The position numbers and the translations under genes were made by a program. From a virus, in UHGV virus genome UHGV-1763989: a DNA stretch of 13,792 nucleotides. One strand, written 5' to 3'. Of the stretch, positions 13,455 to 13,792 are shown piece after piece (positions within the stretch are counted from its first letter, which is position 1; each line of letters starts with the position of its first letter). Under the pieces are notes generated by a model. That model was not told the origin of the DNA. It was given only the letters and a program-made list of their open reading frames with translations, and searched no databases.

Positions 13455-13792
13455 TGAACCAAACCTATCAAGCGGCATTAAAGTAAGACCAGATAATAGT
13501 AATACACTTGGTACTAATTTTATCGGTAATATAGGATATTTTTTAAATGCTGGAAATAATGTTGACAATAATGTTCAAAGTGTCGCTTTGTTCACATCAG
13601 CTTACGGTAATGGTCACGGTCACGGTATCAACACAGACAATTTCGACCGTGTCGTGACATTGTTCTCTGCAAGGCGTCTTGTGTCTTGTAATTGGCAAAA
13701 CTGGGCGGATGAATACATCGCGCCAAACACAAAACACGAGAAATGGAGCGAGTTTGTAGCAGACTCTGTGGTCTATTCTCTGTTTGAGAGTA
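13438..13792 (+). CDS. Partial CDS (N-terminus; continues beyond right edge), hypothetical
   Basis: ATG 13438 with AAAAAAGG upstream, overlaps DUF2815 stop by 17 nt; open frame to end of window (MLKTFDEPNLSSGIKVRPDNSNTLGTNFIGN ... RVVTLFSARRLVSCNWQNWADEYIAPN...). Asn/Gly-rich, AT-rich start; not in ORF track because no stop is reached. Confidence 0.45.
   Translation, partial: MLKTFDEPNLSSGIKVRPDNSNTLGTNFIGNIGYFLNAGNNVDNNVQSVALFTSAYGNGHGHGINTDNFDRVVTLFSARRLVSCNWQNWADEYIAPNTKHEKWSEFVADSVVYSLFES

Noticed and set aside
3726-13568. Minus-strand ORFs nested in other frames or antisense to plus-strand genes (3726..3983, 4552..4734, 4870..5178, 5845..6054, 6214..6396, 6496..6774, 7105..7407, 8747..8995, 10866..11180, 11248..11583, 12103..12387 (+), 12745..12942, 12903..13097, 13347..13568)
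   Set aside because: They overlap well-supported genes out of frame, or run antisense to the DUF2800/DUF2815 genes; 10866..11180 spans the promoter region and both divergent gene starts. No independent support.
13555-13590. AATAATGTTGACAATAATGTT as a possible fifth promoter copy (TTGACA at 13562-13567)
   Set aside because: No acceptable -10 at 16-18 nt spacing, and the region is inside an open reading frame in a consistent coding frame.
13612-13626. Short tandem repeat GGTCACGGTCACGGT
   Set aside because: Only 2.5 units, and it simply encodes Gly-His-Gly-His-Gly within the partial CDS; not a CRISPR or satellite-like array.
1-13792. Searched for tRNA/rRNA genes, CRISPR repeat-spacer arrays, transposase/IS terminal inverted repeats and strong GC-rich hairpin plus T-tract terminators
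   Set aside because: Nothing convincing seen by eye; almost the whole window is protein-coding and the few intergenic gaps are explained by promoters. A computational tRNA or terminator scan could still find something missed.

Overview
The window reads as the early/replication region of a tailed dsDNA bacteriophage or prophage; all calls rest on motif recognition by eye, with no database search. Positions 1-10909 are one densely packed minus-strand gene block (many 1-4 nt start/stop overlaps) encoding a DEAH-type SF2 helicase, a DnaQ-like exonuclease, a PD-(D/E)xK nuclease, a primase-polymerase/D5-type helicase fusion, a C5-methyltransferase-like protein, a DUF2493/SLOG-like protein, a ParB-like protein, a RelA/SpoT-type HD hydrolase and many small unknown ORFs. 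A 176-bp divergent control region (10910-11085) separates it from plus-strand genes: a Pro/Ala-linker protein, a DUF2800-like Cas4-type nuclease, a DUF2815-like protein and an open-ended ORF running off the right edge. A near-identical promoter element (AAAATAATTCTTGAC[A/G]) recurs four times in gene-appropriate orientation. No rRNA, tRNA, CRISPR array or transposon was found. The most interesting candidates are the small accessory genes at 112-5600 (possible anti-defence or DNA-modification functions), the repeated promoter element, and a perfect 9-bp inverted repeat over the ParB-like gene promoter. The ORF track counts GTG/TTG as starts, so several listed N-termini are over-extended and have been trimmed here.
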